Source: a virus
Strand: one strand, 5' to 3'
Length of the DNA stretch: 64,000 nucleotides
IMG/VR virus record: IMGVR_UViG_3300044818_000015
Span: 26,045 to 90,044 of that record
The notes below the pieces were generated by a model, which saw only the letters and a list, made by a program, of their open reading frames with translations, ran no database searches and was not told the DNA's origin. The position numbers and the translations under genes are program-made. Positions 7,323 to 19,300 of this stretch are shown piece after piece. The number at the start of each line of letters is the position of its first letter. Position 1 is the first letter of the stretch.

Positions 7323-10300
7323 TTATTGCCCTGAAAGCCGATTCATCTGCTCGATAACTTCCTGTTGCTGATTCAGCGGGAGCTTCGGCCAGGCGGTCCT
7401 GATCTTCTTGTTAAGAATGGGAGTGAACAGGATACGTTCCTCGGGCGTGGTAATGTCCATGATGTCGAGCGCCGACATCATGTCGAGGGACTCGAAGCCC
7501 GCGACATTCTTCGGCACCTTGGCGCGCTTGAGGGCTAGCTTCACGTCATTTGGCGAGATCACGCCCGCGGCAATCTGCTTGCCGATCAGCTCGTTGGCTT
7601 CGTCGATCTTGTCGTCGCGCACCAGGCTGGTGATCTGGTTCTTCACCTTCACGCGGTCGGCATTGGCCGCGCTCGATCGCTGCCGCGCCAGGAACTCCGC
7701 ATGGTTGAGGGCGTCCCCAGGCCGGCTGAATAACTGCGGCGTTGCCAGATCCACAGCCATACGCAGCCAGTGATTCGCGGGGTCGTCGCCGTGCGGCATC
7801 AGGCCCTTGGTCAGCCCGGTCGCTTCGCCGACGTTCTCGAGGAAGCCGTTCATGGTGACAAGTGGCGCCAGGGCATGCGCCTTCGCCCAGCCAGCCATTC
7901 CCGGCTTCTGCGTTTCTACCGCTTTCATAAGTTGCGGGTTAAACTTGCCGCGATCGTCGCGCCAGCCGGTGACGTATGGCTCGGTTCCGCTGAGGCCCAC
8001 CCAGGCCGCACTGAACGGAGGGCCGAGGAGCGGATGCGCCGCAGCGTTAAAGGCGCCGGCGACGGCCGCGTCCATCAACTGGTCCGTGCTGCCGCCGGCC
8101 TTGTAGGCGTCGAAGGCTCCGGAGATGCCGAGAGCGCGCGCGCCGCGCTTCACGAGCGGCGAGAAGAAGCCGATATCGATGTAGGCGTCTCCATTCGACG
8201 GCGGGCCCCACAACTGTTGGGCCAGCCAGGTGGCACGCTGCTTATCGGTCAGACGCACGGCCAGGAGCTTCGAGTGCGGATCTTTCCATGGCGGGTCCCC
8301 GCGCATCGCTTCGTGCATGGCGATCCACAGGGCGATCAGTCCCACCGCTCCGCCGGTTATTGCCTGCAGGGCACGCAGGCCTGCGCCGCCCTTGGGCATC
8401 GGTCCGCGGCCGGTCCAGGCGTTGACGCCATTCCGCGCCATGGTCGAGCCCGCGGTGTAGAACGGGCTCCAGCCGCTTTCCTTCGCAGCGCGCTCGATGC
8501 TGCCCTGCAGGGCGCGGGTGTAGTTGCCGAGTTGGTTGACCACCAGATACAGGTCTTTCGTCGTCGCTTGCGGGTACAGTGCTTTAGCGGCGCGATACAT
8601 CACCAGCCGCGCACGAATGTCGATCCCCTTGGGACCATACAGGAACGGGCCGAAGCCGAGGCTCGCCTCAACATCCCGCTTCGCTGGTCCCGGCTGCCGT
8701 AGAACCATCGCGGCAAAGTCTTCCGCCGTCTCACGCAAAGCCCGCTTAATTTCGCCGCCGAGGGTTGGCTCGACGTCCGCACCCATTTGCGCGGCGTATT
8801 CCCGGCTCTTCTTGAACCAAGACGAGGCCATCGAGCCATATTTCTCTGGCACCACCCCGAGCTTCGCCATGTCGATGATGTCCTGGACGCTCTCCTCGGT
8901 GGTCGGATTGGTGTTGATCAAATGGAAGATGGCCGCCGCCCGCTTGGTGAATGGGTTGCCGCCTGCGATCTTGCCGGCGAGACTCGTCCCAAGGAACGGG
9001 GTATTCGCCACCAGGGTGCCGATAAGGTTCGCCGAGTGGATCACCGCATCGAGCGGTCCGGCCAGCGTGAACTGAGTGATCTTGCCGATGAGACTCGCGG
9101 GGTCCGACAAGTTGAGGTTGTTCTTGTCGAGAATCGGCCGCAGCTCCTCTTCGAGCCACGCCGCGGTAACCATGTGCTGCGCCGGCACAAATACGGATCC
9201 CTGTCCTGGCGTCACAATCTGGCGGTCCGGCTTAACCTCGACCTTCACGGCCTTGTAATCTTTGCTGCGGATCGCGATCGAGTCCGGCAGGGATTCGCCG
9301 CGGCCCAACTTCCGGCCGAGCTTGTTGTCTTCGAGCGCCTGGATCAGCGCCCCCTTATTGTTGGCGCGGAACGCCTGGCGCAGCCGGTCGGCCAGTGCCT
9401 CCATGCCGGCGTCGTAGAATTCTCCATGGCCGGTGGCGAAATAGTTGGCGATGTTGGGAGGCTTGCGATACGGGACCGCGCGCCCCCAGCGGCCCTTGGC
9501 GTTCGGTTGCTCTTCATCCAGGCGGACCAGCGGGTAATAGGTGTCAAGCGGCCCAAGGGCGTTTGAAAGCACGCCTTCGTTCTCTTCGTGATTCTCCCGT
9601 ACCGCATCCTCCACCAGCGTTTTGTAGACCTTCAGGCCGCCGGCGAATCCAGCGTGTTGGGTGATGTCCTGGTACTCGGTCTCGGGCATCATCCGCGCCA
9701 CGCGCGCCGCCGCCCGCTCGAAGGTGTCCACCAGAAACGCACGCAGGCCGTCCATGTCGCCGCGCTCGAGGAGCGCCGCGGCCGTCAGCGCCGGGCTCTG
9801 GATCGGCACGCCGATACTCTCCTCATGAATCGCCTGGAGGGCGTGCATGACGCTTGCGAGGAATGCCGGCAGGTCATCGTTGGTCGATTGCGCCGCGCCT
9901 TCGGCCATGTTGTCCCAGCGTCCGCGCAGGCCGCGCAGCCGCGATTCGATCAGCGATCGCCGGAAATTGAGCCAGCTCGGCCCGTTCTTCCCTAGTGCCG
10001 CTTCGACTCGTGGCGCCGCAGCCCGCATGAGCGCCACAGTTTGCGCGCGCGACGTCGCGGTCTGTACCGCTGCCGCGTGGGCGGGATGGCTTACCTTTTC
10101 AAGCTGGGAGAGGTTGCGGACGAGCTTGTTTTTGAGCGCGCCGGTCTTCGACTGGTAGCTGGCTGGTTCGTTTAGGGCTTTGCGGCGCCGGGCAAAGGCC
10201 GGTCCGTCTTGTAGAAGAAGTGCGGCTTGTCCTCGGGATCCTCCGGCGGCATGATTTCCTCCATGGCTTCCGCGAGAGCTTTGGGGCCCTGTCTCGCCGC

Positions 10301-13300
10301 TGTCAGCCCCTTGCGGTAATTCGCCTTGAGGCGTTCCAGATCTTCGTTCTGTTTCGGCGTTAATTCCGGCACGTAGCACCGCCTCTTTCATCATGGGAGC
10401 AAGGTTTGTGATGGCTTGCTCGACTGCTTTGGCTCCATGCTGCTTGGTGAGCAACGTGAAGTAGTGCGTCCCTAACTCTACCGCTTGCGGGCGGGTAAGT
10501 CCCAGTTCTTCGTACTGGCCGCCCACCAGGTGCGTACCGATTTCGGCGGCGATCTCGTTTTCGGGGTATCCCTTGAGACGCAGTTGCACCGCTGCGTCTT
10601 GCGCGAACGGGTGATCGAGTAATTCCTGCTCGTGCTCGCCGAGGTGCCCCTCTAGCTGGTCGATACTGAGGTGCCACTTCTCATGGCGCAAGGTGGCCGC
10701 GGCGCGCTGCAGGCCCGCGCTTCCGTTGACCAGCAACACGGATTGCTCGTTAGCCCCTGCTTTTTCGAGAGCGAGCGCCAGCGCCGGATGGGTCGGCATC
10801 AGCGCTTTCACCGCCCTGACGACGTGGCGCGGGTGCAGGCGCATGCCATCGAGCGCCGGATCTCCCCAGACTTGGCCGATCGCGGTTACGTTGGCCTGGT
10901 TCGTGATCAGCTTACCGGGCTGTACGGTGATCCGCAGTGCGCCCGGGTCCGAGGTTTCGCCGTCCGGCGTGCGGGCGAACAGCGGCTGTCCCTGCATCAC
11001 CGAATCCACCATGGCAGGCGTGATGTCGATCGAGTGCAACGGCTGCAGCGCGCCTGGATTATCGGTGGCTACCCTCGCGACGAAGGCCTCAGCCTGTGCG
11101 CGGGTTTCAAATTCCCTTACGGGTTCGGACAGAGTATCTTGGCTATCCAGAACGGAGAACATCTGGCCGGCTGCTCCGCCGTCCTGCTCGTCGATAAATA
11201 GGTCGCCGGCGATTGACGGTTTATTTATCTGCGTCGTCCCTACCTTCGCGTCCCATTTTTTCCCGTACTTCTTGGCGTAGTCGACCAGTATCTTGTCGTA
11301 GAAGCCCTTCATCCCCTCGCCGCCGACTTTCAGGTCCAGGCCGGTGAAGGTTCTGGCGGCAGGGTCGCCAAAGTCCGACTTTTCACCCTCGCCCGCTACG
11401 ATCCTTTGCGCCATCTCCTTGCCGACGATATCTTCGAGCCCTTCCGCCGTGACAGGTCCAGTGCGGCCGGTGTCGTAAATTGTCTCTCCGCCCTTGGCAT
11501 CGACTGTAAGATCAAACGTCCCTCCTTTGGCTGGTTTTGCCCAAATGGATTCAAGTTGCTGGCTCAGGTCGTACCGGTCCGCATGCGTCTCGCCGGTGTC
11601 CCAGGCCAGCCTGTCGTAGCCGTTTTCCGCCGCATAGCGCAGCATCCGCTTGAAGGCGAGCTCGTGCCAGGTCTTGGCGAATGGTGCGGGAGGGACGCCG
11701 CTATCATTCTTGTGCACGGTGGACAGGGTGTTCGCCTTATCGATCCACTCCTCGCCGAAGTGCTCGCGGAGAGCTTCGAGCCGTTTCGCCTTACTCGCCT
11801 GCGCGGCTTTACTTGCCTGTGCGTTGGTGTCGCCCGGCCTTTCGAAAAGCCATCCGAAAGTGTAAGGGGATAGGCCGAGGTCAACGCTGTTGAGATACGC
11901 CTCTGCTTGATTGCGCAGCGCGTCCCACTGGCCTCCCTGGTAGCCCTTCTTCTTTCCTTCCTGGTGCCAGTCGCTCTGAAGTTCGTAGACGTGCAGGATC
12001 TTCTCAGGTGGGGTGTAAGGCGTTCCGTCGGCGCTGGTCCAGCGATCGCCGAAACGGACGTGCGCGAGGACGTTGGGCTCGCTCCAGTGGGAGGAGCGGT
12101 AAGTGCCCGCGGTCTGCCGGGTACGCTCCATCCCGTTGGCGTCGGTGTAAGTTTCGCTCTTCGCGCCGGGCAGTGTCAGTAGCAGCTCGCGGTAGTTCTC
12201 GCCGCCCGGGGTGACGTAGCCGCCGTACTTGGCTACAGATTCCCTGGCGGGGCCCTGGTCAAGGTCAATCTCGATGCGCTCTGCTTCGACGGCATCCTTG
12301 GCCGCAGCAATAGAGTCAAACTCGCCGAGCGAGCCATGGGTGCTCGTAAGGCTGAAGCCGTCGTATCCTTTATTGGGCGTGATAGTGTAGCGGCCTTCCG
12401 GCGTGTCGGCGATCCAGTCGGGAAGCTCTTCCTTCCACGCCGTAGGCTCGAGCTCGGCGCCTCCGCCCTTGACCACTTCCTCGACCTGCACCTCGTTCGC
12501 CTTCACGAACGCGAGCACCTGCTCCCGGGTCACCGGCCCCTTGCGCTCTTCGAGCCAGGTATCGAGTCCGGTCCATTTCAGCTCATCGGCCTTCACTCCA
12601 CTCTGCGGGTTGCGCAGCATGGCCAGCAGTTGACCTGGCACGGCCGGTCCTTTCATCTTGGCCGCGATCGCGCGCTCGAGCTGGGAATAGAAGCCCGGGG
12701 TTTTGCGGGAGTACTGCGGTGTGTCCTTGAAACGCTCGGCCTGCTCTGCGTGAAAGGCCTTCCATGCCGCCGCGTCCGCCTCATAGAATGCCTGAGCGGC
12801 TGCGGTGGAATCGTCGTCAAAGGGGCGGTCCGCTTGACTCTTCTGGAATGCCTGGAAGGCGCGGTCTCTCTCCTTCACGAACTCGTCGACGCGCCGGTGC
12901 TGCGCGTTGTTAAACTCCGCCCGGCTCGCTATTACCTTTTCGGCACGTTGCTGGCCGGTCTGTGCCGCCGCCGGCGAAAGCTCGGCCAGCGATTGCTCCA
13001 GCCGTTTGACGGCCGCAGCAGCCGCGGCGCGCTCGCCCGGTATGGTGGCGCGCTCCATGAGTGCCTTCGCCGAGCGTAATTGATCGGTTAGCCTGGCGCG
13101 GGGGTCCTGGAGCACGCGCGAGTACTGCGGCTTGTCCGCTGCCTTCGGCTGGCGCGAGAAGAGCGGCGCCTGCTCCGGCTCCTGGCCCTGGTCGCCGAAC
13201 AGGCTATCGCTGCCGCGGTCTTTCGCCGGCTTCAGCTTGGCGGGCCTGGCCGCCATACCGGATTTGACCTGCGCCGTCAGTTGCGCGCCGAGTAGCCGGT

Positions 13301-16300
13301 CCGCGGCCGATTGCGTCTCTGCTTGCGAGCTCGCTTCCGCCACGCGGTCCACCAGCGAGGCCTGGCCGGCGATTTCGTGCGCCTTCGCCCTGGCACGCTC
13401 CAAGGTCGGATAGATCGTAACCGTGGGCAGGGTCTGCTCGGCATCGAGGTCGCGCAGCGTGACCGCGTATCCGTTCGGATGCCTGGTGACCACGGACTCG
13501 AGGCCGTCTTCGTGGTTGGTATAGCGCGCCAACACTTCGGGCGCCTGGCGCGAGAACTGCGGCGCATCGGGCGGCGCCTCGTCCGGCTTCACCGGATAGG
13601 CTTCGAGAATGCGATCGAGGATCGCCCCTGTCGTGTTGGGCCCGTCCCCGTCGTACTTCCTGGGGATGTAATACACCGGCGTGATGCCCTTTTCGGAGAG
13701 AGCGCCAAGGGTCAACAGATTGCGGGCGACGTCCTGGTTTGGCGGGAATAGCTGAATTACCTGGATCCGTCCAATGATCCCGCGGCGTACCTGGGTGTTG
13801 CCTTCGAGGGTGTAAGTCAGGTTGTTGCGCAGCACGTCGTCATGGAGCTGCTTGGCGTCGACGGTGCTCTTGCCGCCCGAAATGCGATCGAGCAAGGCGC
13901 GAATCCGCGATTCGGGAATGTCGATACCGACCACGCGCTCGGCAGTCTTCGAGTCCGCGGTGGTGTAGATGCTGTTGCGGATGAAGGCTGCATCGCGGAT
14001 CGGATTCCAGAAGCGCATCACTTCGCCGCCAATCAGGTGGTGATGGGTGGTGGTGTGAGTCGGCGCCGCGTCGTAGCGCTCCTTCCAAATATCCTTGGCC
14101 CATTGCTGGGGATCCTTGGCGATGGCTTCCGCCGCGGCCAGCGGCGCCCGCTGCGCCTCCACTTCCTTGGTGCTGGCGTCAACCCGCTTGCGCTGCCAGC
14201 TATCCGCCGGCATCTCGTACGCCTTAGCCTTGGCAAGGGCAGTCTTCGCCCGTTCCAGTGCTTCCTCCCGCCGGGTGCGCGCGAAGTACTCGAAGTCCGG
14301 CGCCGCCGCCTCATCCGCGCGGCCTTGCGCATAGCTTAGATCGGATTCCGCGTCGCGCACCCTCGAGGTGCGGTTGTTGTCTTCGTCCCGCTTCAGTTGA
14401 GCCTGGTCGCGCTCGAGGTCCCGCTCCGCGCCCTTCAGCGCGTCCTGTGCCTTGCTCAATTCCTCCTTCGCCCAGGTGTCCACTTCCTTGAGGCCCTTGC
14501 CGCGCAGCTCCGCCTGCGTGACCTTGAGCCAGCGTCCGCGTTCCGGCTTGGCGGTGTAAGACGACGGTTCGACGTTTCCGTCCGCGTGCACGGTCGGCGG
14601 GGCGTCGATCACCAGATAGAGCACGCCCTTCTCGTTGCGCGCGATCGCCGCATGCCGCTTCTCGTGCTGCAGGAGGCGCTCGTCCAACTCCTCGGGCGAC
14701 ACGCGCTCCGTTTTGTTCTTGGCGTCAACGGGATAGTAGTAAGTCTCCGCGCCGGTCTTCGGATCTTTGGCGAGTAATCGCTGTTCCTTTACTTCGATCT
14801 CATCGCCCGGCAGGGTTTTGACGCCGGTATCGAGCGTGCCCGCGGCGATCGCCTGCTCAACGGCCGCATTAAAGATGTTGAAGAAATAGCGATACGTCGC
14901 GTTTTGAATGTCCGGATCGAGCGCCATCAGCCGGTTCAGCAGCTTGGTGACGTTCGTCATATCCGCGGGCGGGATTTCGGGCCCGCTCGAGCCGAGCTTG
15001 ATTACTCTGAGATCGGTGAGAACCTGGAGGCCGCTGAGCCCGGTGCCGGGTACGGGTTGGTTGCGGAGGAGTTGGGTATAGAAGGAGTTGGTCGCGGCGC
15101 GGCCCTGCTCCGTCTCAATGTTGGCGTTCTCGCCCATGGCGGAGCCCGCCGCGGCGTTCTTCTGGCCTTTGGTCAACGCGCCGAGCGAACCCAGGCGCCG
15201 CTGAATGGTCGAAACGAACCGTTGCTCGCCCGCCAGGTCGGAAATCAGGAAGACGTACTCGGGCGGCTGCTTCTGGTTGGTGCGGTGGGTGCGGCCCAGC
15301 ATCTGCTGCGCCTTGTCCGCGGACCAGCCCGTCTGCAGGGTGATGTGATAGCGCTTTTGCTGGTTGGCGACGTCGTTGCCGGCGTGCAGCGAGATTCCGG
15401 TACCGCCCGCCGAGGAGAGCACCGCTACCCGCTTCTTGCCGCCTTGGAAGGCGCGCATCTCGAAGAGGTTGATTTCTTTCTTCGAGGCCTTGGGGTCGCC
15501 GCGTGGTACGAACTTGCCGATGGAGCGGTCATACTTCTCTTTGCGTCCTGTGATCTCCGCGACGTGCTTGTCTCCGCCCAGGCTGTTGATCAGGATGTCG
15601 AGCGGATTCTCTGGCATGTGCAGATCGCGGTTGAGCTTCGCAATCAGCGCATCCCGGGCTTCGACGGCCGCCGGATTGACAACCGGGATCTTACGGCCCT
15701 GCTCATCGTTCCGGTAAACCGGCACTTTGATGGGGTTGCCGCTCGAGTCTACGTCGTCGGCATACTGCTGGGTCGGGTAACTCGTGAGGACCATGTTGAC
15801 CAGGGCTTCCTTCGGCCCGAAGTCATACTCCGGTAAATCGTCCGGATCCTCGTCCTCGTCGCGCTGCTTGGCTTTCTCGCGATTCTGCGCCGCCTCGTTG
15901 GTGTTCACCAGCGTGATCACTACCGACTTACCCTCGGCCAGCGCCTTATTGGCGAGCTCTACCGCGGTGGGCGTCTTGAGCGCGGTAATCAGTAGACCGA
16001 AGAAGCGCTGCTGTGCGCCGCCGAACGCGGACATGAAGTTGCCGCGCTGCTGCCGGCCGCCATTGGTCGTATTGGCGATGGTGGCTTCGGCGTGCTGAAT
16101 GACGGAGGCCCAGGCCTGCGTTGCGGTGCGGTACAGGTCTTTCTGTTCCTTGGATAGCTTGTGGGTCTCTGTCTCGTAAGTGACGCCCTTGTAACTCAGC
16201 GTCCGCGCCAGATACTTGCCCTGCGCCTTGAGTGAGCGGGCGATCAGCTCCATCGCGGCAATGCCGCCTGGCCCGATCTGCGACTGGAACTCGCCGAACC

Positions 16301-19300
16301 CTTGCGGGAAGGCTGTCCCTGGCCCCCACTGGCCCAGGCGATCGAGATAGCCGAGGTTGATTACATCGGTCGCGGCCGTCGCCGAGAGAGAGACCGTGCG
16401 CAGCTTCGGCATGCGCGCCAGCAACTCCTTGGCCGCTACGCCCCTCTGGCTTTCCGAGCCGCCTTGGGCGGCGACGGCCGATTTGAGATTGTGCGACTCG
16501 TCCCATAGGATGTACGCGCCTTCGCCGTCGTCATCGCCGCGTAGATACGCCTCCATCTGGTCGATGCGGCGCTGCCCGGTCTTATTCTTGCCGGTGAGCA
16601 GGGCATAGGTCGAGAACAATACGCCGTCGTGCTCGATCTTCTTGCCGTAGCCGAACTTACTGAACGCCTGCACGGCGGGGTTCTCGCCCATCACGTTCTT
16701 GCCGTCCTCGATGGAGATTCCGCGCGTCAAGGCGTCCGCGCCGATGTTGCGGAAGTCGTGAATGGCCGCGTCCATCAGGTCCCACTTCTCGGAGACCCAG
16801 ATCAGGCGCTTCCGTCCCTGGAGATAGTTATCCCAGAGGATGCCGGCGGAAATGCGGCCTTTGCCCACACCGGTTCCGTCGCCGATCAGCGCACTGGCAT
16901 AGTGCCCGCCGGGCAGGACGATGGAATTCTGCTGGCCCGCGAACGCGATCGCTTCCATCTGCACGGCGGAGAGGCGGCCGTTTTCAAGGACCGAAGGCGG
17001 CAGGGAGGGCTTGTAGGAGATGGGTGGCGGCTTTACGGTCGCCATCGTGCGGGTTTCGACGATATCGCCGGGATGCGCCGGTCCGGCGATCGAGGGGCGG
17101 TACGGAACGAACGGGCCGTTGTCGGCTTCGGCTTCCGGTTGGGGGACTTCTTCGAGGTTCGGGCCTAGTGTGAGAGTAGACGGTCGTTCGTCATTTGAGT
17201 CCGGAGGACGGCTTTCAGGACGTTCAGCGGCGGGAGTTTCGGGATGTCCCGCAGACTCAGTTCCGGGTTGGACTCCACCAGGTAGTTTATCGCCAGCACC
17301 GGCTTGAACTCCCGCATGCTGACTACCAGATCCTCCAGGCTTTCCGGCAGGTTTGCCCGCTCGGCCAGTTCCTCGGCCGCCCGGGTGTACTCCTGGCGGC
17401 ACTGCATCATCATTGCCAGGATCTGCGCCCAGGCCAGTTCCGGACTTACCGGGCCGAGGGCCATTACCGCCTCGCGGGACAGGCTCGATTTGCGGGCGAT
17501 CGGCTGCGACATCTCTAAGAAGATTGTACGCCTCCTCAAGCGTCTCAACATTTCCCTGGAGCACGGAGTCCCAGGTTTTCACCGCGCCGGGCTTCACCTG
17601 CGAGGGCGTGGCCCCGTTCTTGTCGATGACAATGATCCGCGTCGAGAACGTGGTGCCGTACTTCTGGTATTCCTTGCCGGCGATCCGGATGTTGGCGCGC
17701 ACGTTGTACTGCGCCGCAATCCGCTCGAACCATTTGCCCGAGGGTCCGGTGGTGAGGTTGGCGCCGCCGTTGGTGTCGTCGGCGCGTCCGCCGCCCAGGA
17801 TCACCACCAGCCGGCCGTTCGGGAGGAGACGCTGGAGCGCCTGGTCTACGTGGTTCAGCCCATAGATCGCGCGGTTTGTGGCTTCGTGCGATTTGATGGC
17901 GCTCGCCGAGAACGGCGGATTCATCAGCACCACGGTCGGACGGATGGCCGGATCGAGCAGCGCGTTGATCAGCTCGCCGTCGTGCGCGGTCGGCTTATTG
18001 AAGCCGATCAGCTCCATCATTTGGGCGCGGCGCTCGGAGACCTCGTTGACGTGGACTTCGGCGCCAATGGCCTTCGGCCAGATAGCAATCCCGCCATTGC
18101 CGGCGGAGGGTTCGAGTACGACGTCAGTAGGAAGGATGCCGCCAACTCGGGCCACTACATAGGATTCGGTTGGGGGCGTCGAGAATTGCTGGTTGGCCAG
18201 TTGTTCATCGGTCCGGACGCTCTGCGTGGTGACGCGCCCCAGCAGCTCGCGCAGATCTTTCAACGCGGCGATGGGGTCCATTTCCATCAGCGCCTTGCCG
18301 CGTTCGAGCAGCAGCTTGTTGATGCCGGCTTCCATGGCATCGAAGGCGTCTTTCGGGGTCCAGTCGCCCGAGGCGCGGGATCCGCCCAGGTGGAGCTCCG
18401 CCAGCTTATTGAACTCGACGACGTTGCCGAGCGAGCCGCCGGATTTCAGCTTGTCGTAGACGGCATCGATGAGCGCTTGCGCGGGATGCGCCGCGGGCTC
18501 AGGCTCAGGCGCGCTCGTCGACACGCCATTAATCTTGCGGATATCCGCCGGTTTGATGTAGACGGAGCGGGCCGGCTTGTCGGTGGCCGGGATGCGTACT
18601 TCAATCTCGCCGCTACTGCCGTAGATCGCGACGACATTACCCTTGTGGATGCCCTGCGGGGAATCGAAGACCACAACATCGCCCTTGTTGACGACGGGCA
18701 TCGGCTTGTCGGCTTGTACTGGTTGCTGATCGCCGGACGCGGGTTTCTCGGCCGGGGGCTTCATGGGCTCCACGGTCTTGCCGTTAATCTTCGCCACGGC
18801 GACGGCGAGACGGTGCACCTGGCGCAGCGCGTCTTCCGGAGTCTGGCCGGTTTTCTTGGCGTACCACTGGATCACCGGGCCGACGTCCTCGTTCATGCGG
18901 GCGAGCCAGGCGGCTTCGTCGGTCACGCCATCGAGCATGTGCTCGGCGCCGACCGTGGCCAGATCGATGCGCGCCTGCTTGATACGCGGATCGGGCGGGG
19001 TGGTTCCGTTGGCGCCTTCGGTGCGCGAGTATTGCGGCTTGTCGGGCTTAGAATTGACTTCGCCATCTTCGGGCGCGATATTGGAATCAGGTGCACCACT
19101 GTTCGGCGAAGGAGTTTCGCCGCTCCCTTTGCGGGGGGTTCCGGGAACACTCGTAGTCCTCCCGGAAGGCAGAGGAACTTGACCGCTGGTTCCCGGGGGA
19201 GTCGGTCCGGGACCTTTCGGGGCTTCACCAACGCGGATTCTGGTGGTGAGGGCCGGCGGTTCATCTTCATATACGGTAAGCAGCCATTTCTTCGCTTTCC

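Noticed and set aside
19085-19265. Canonical tRNA gene
   Set aside because: No T-loop GTTCGA or CCA cloverleaf; kept only as a structured-RNA candidate
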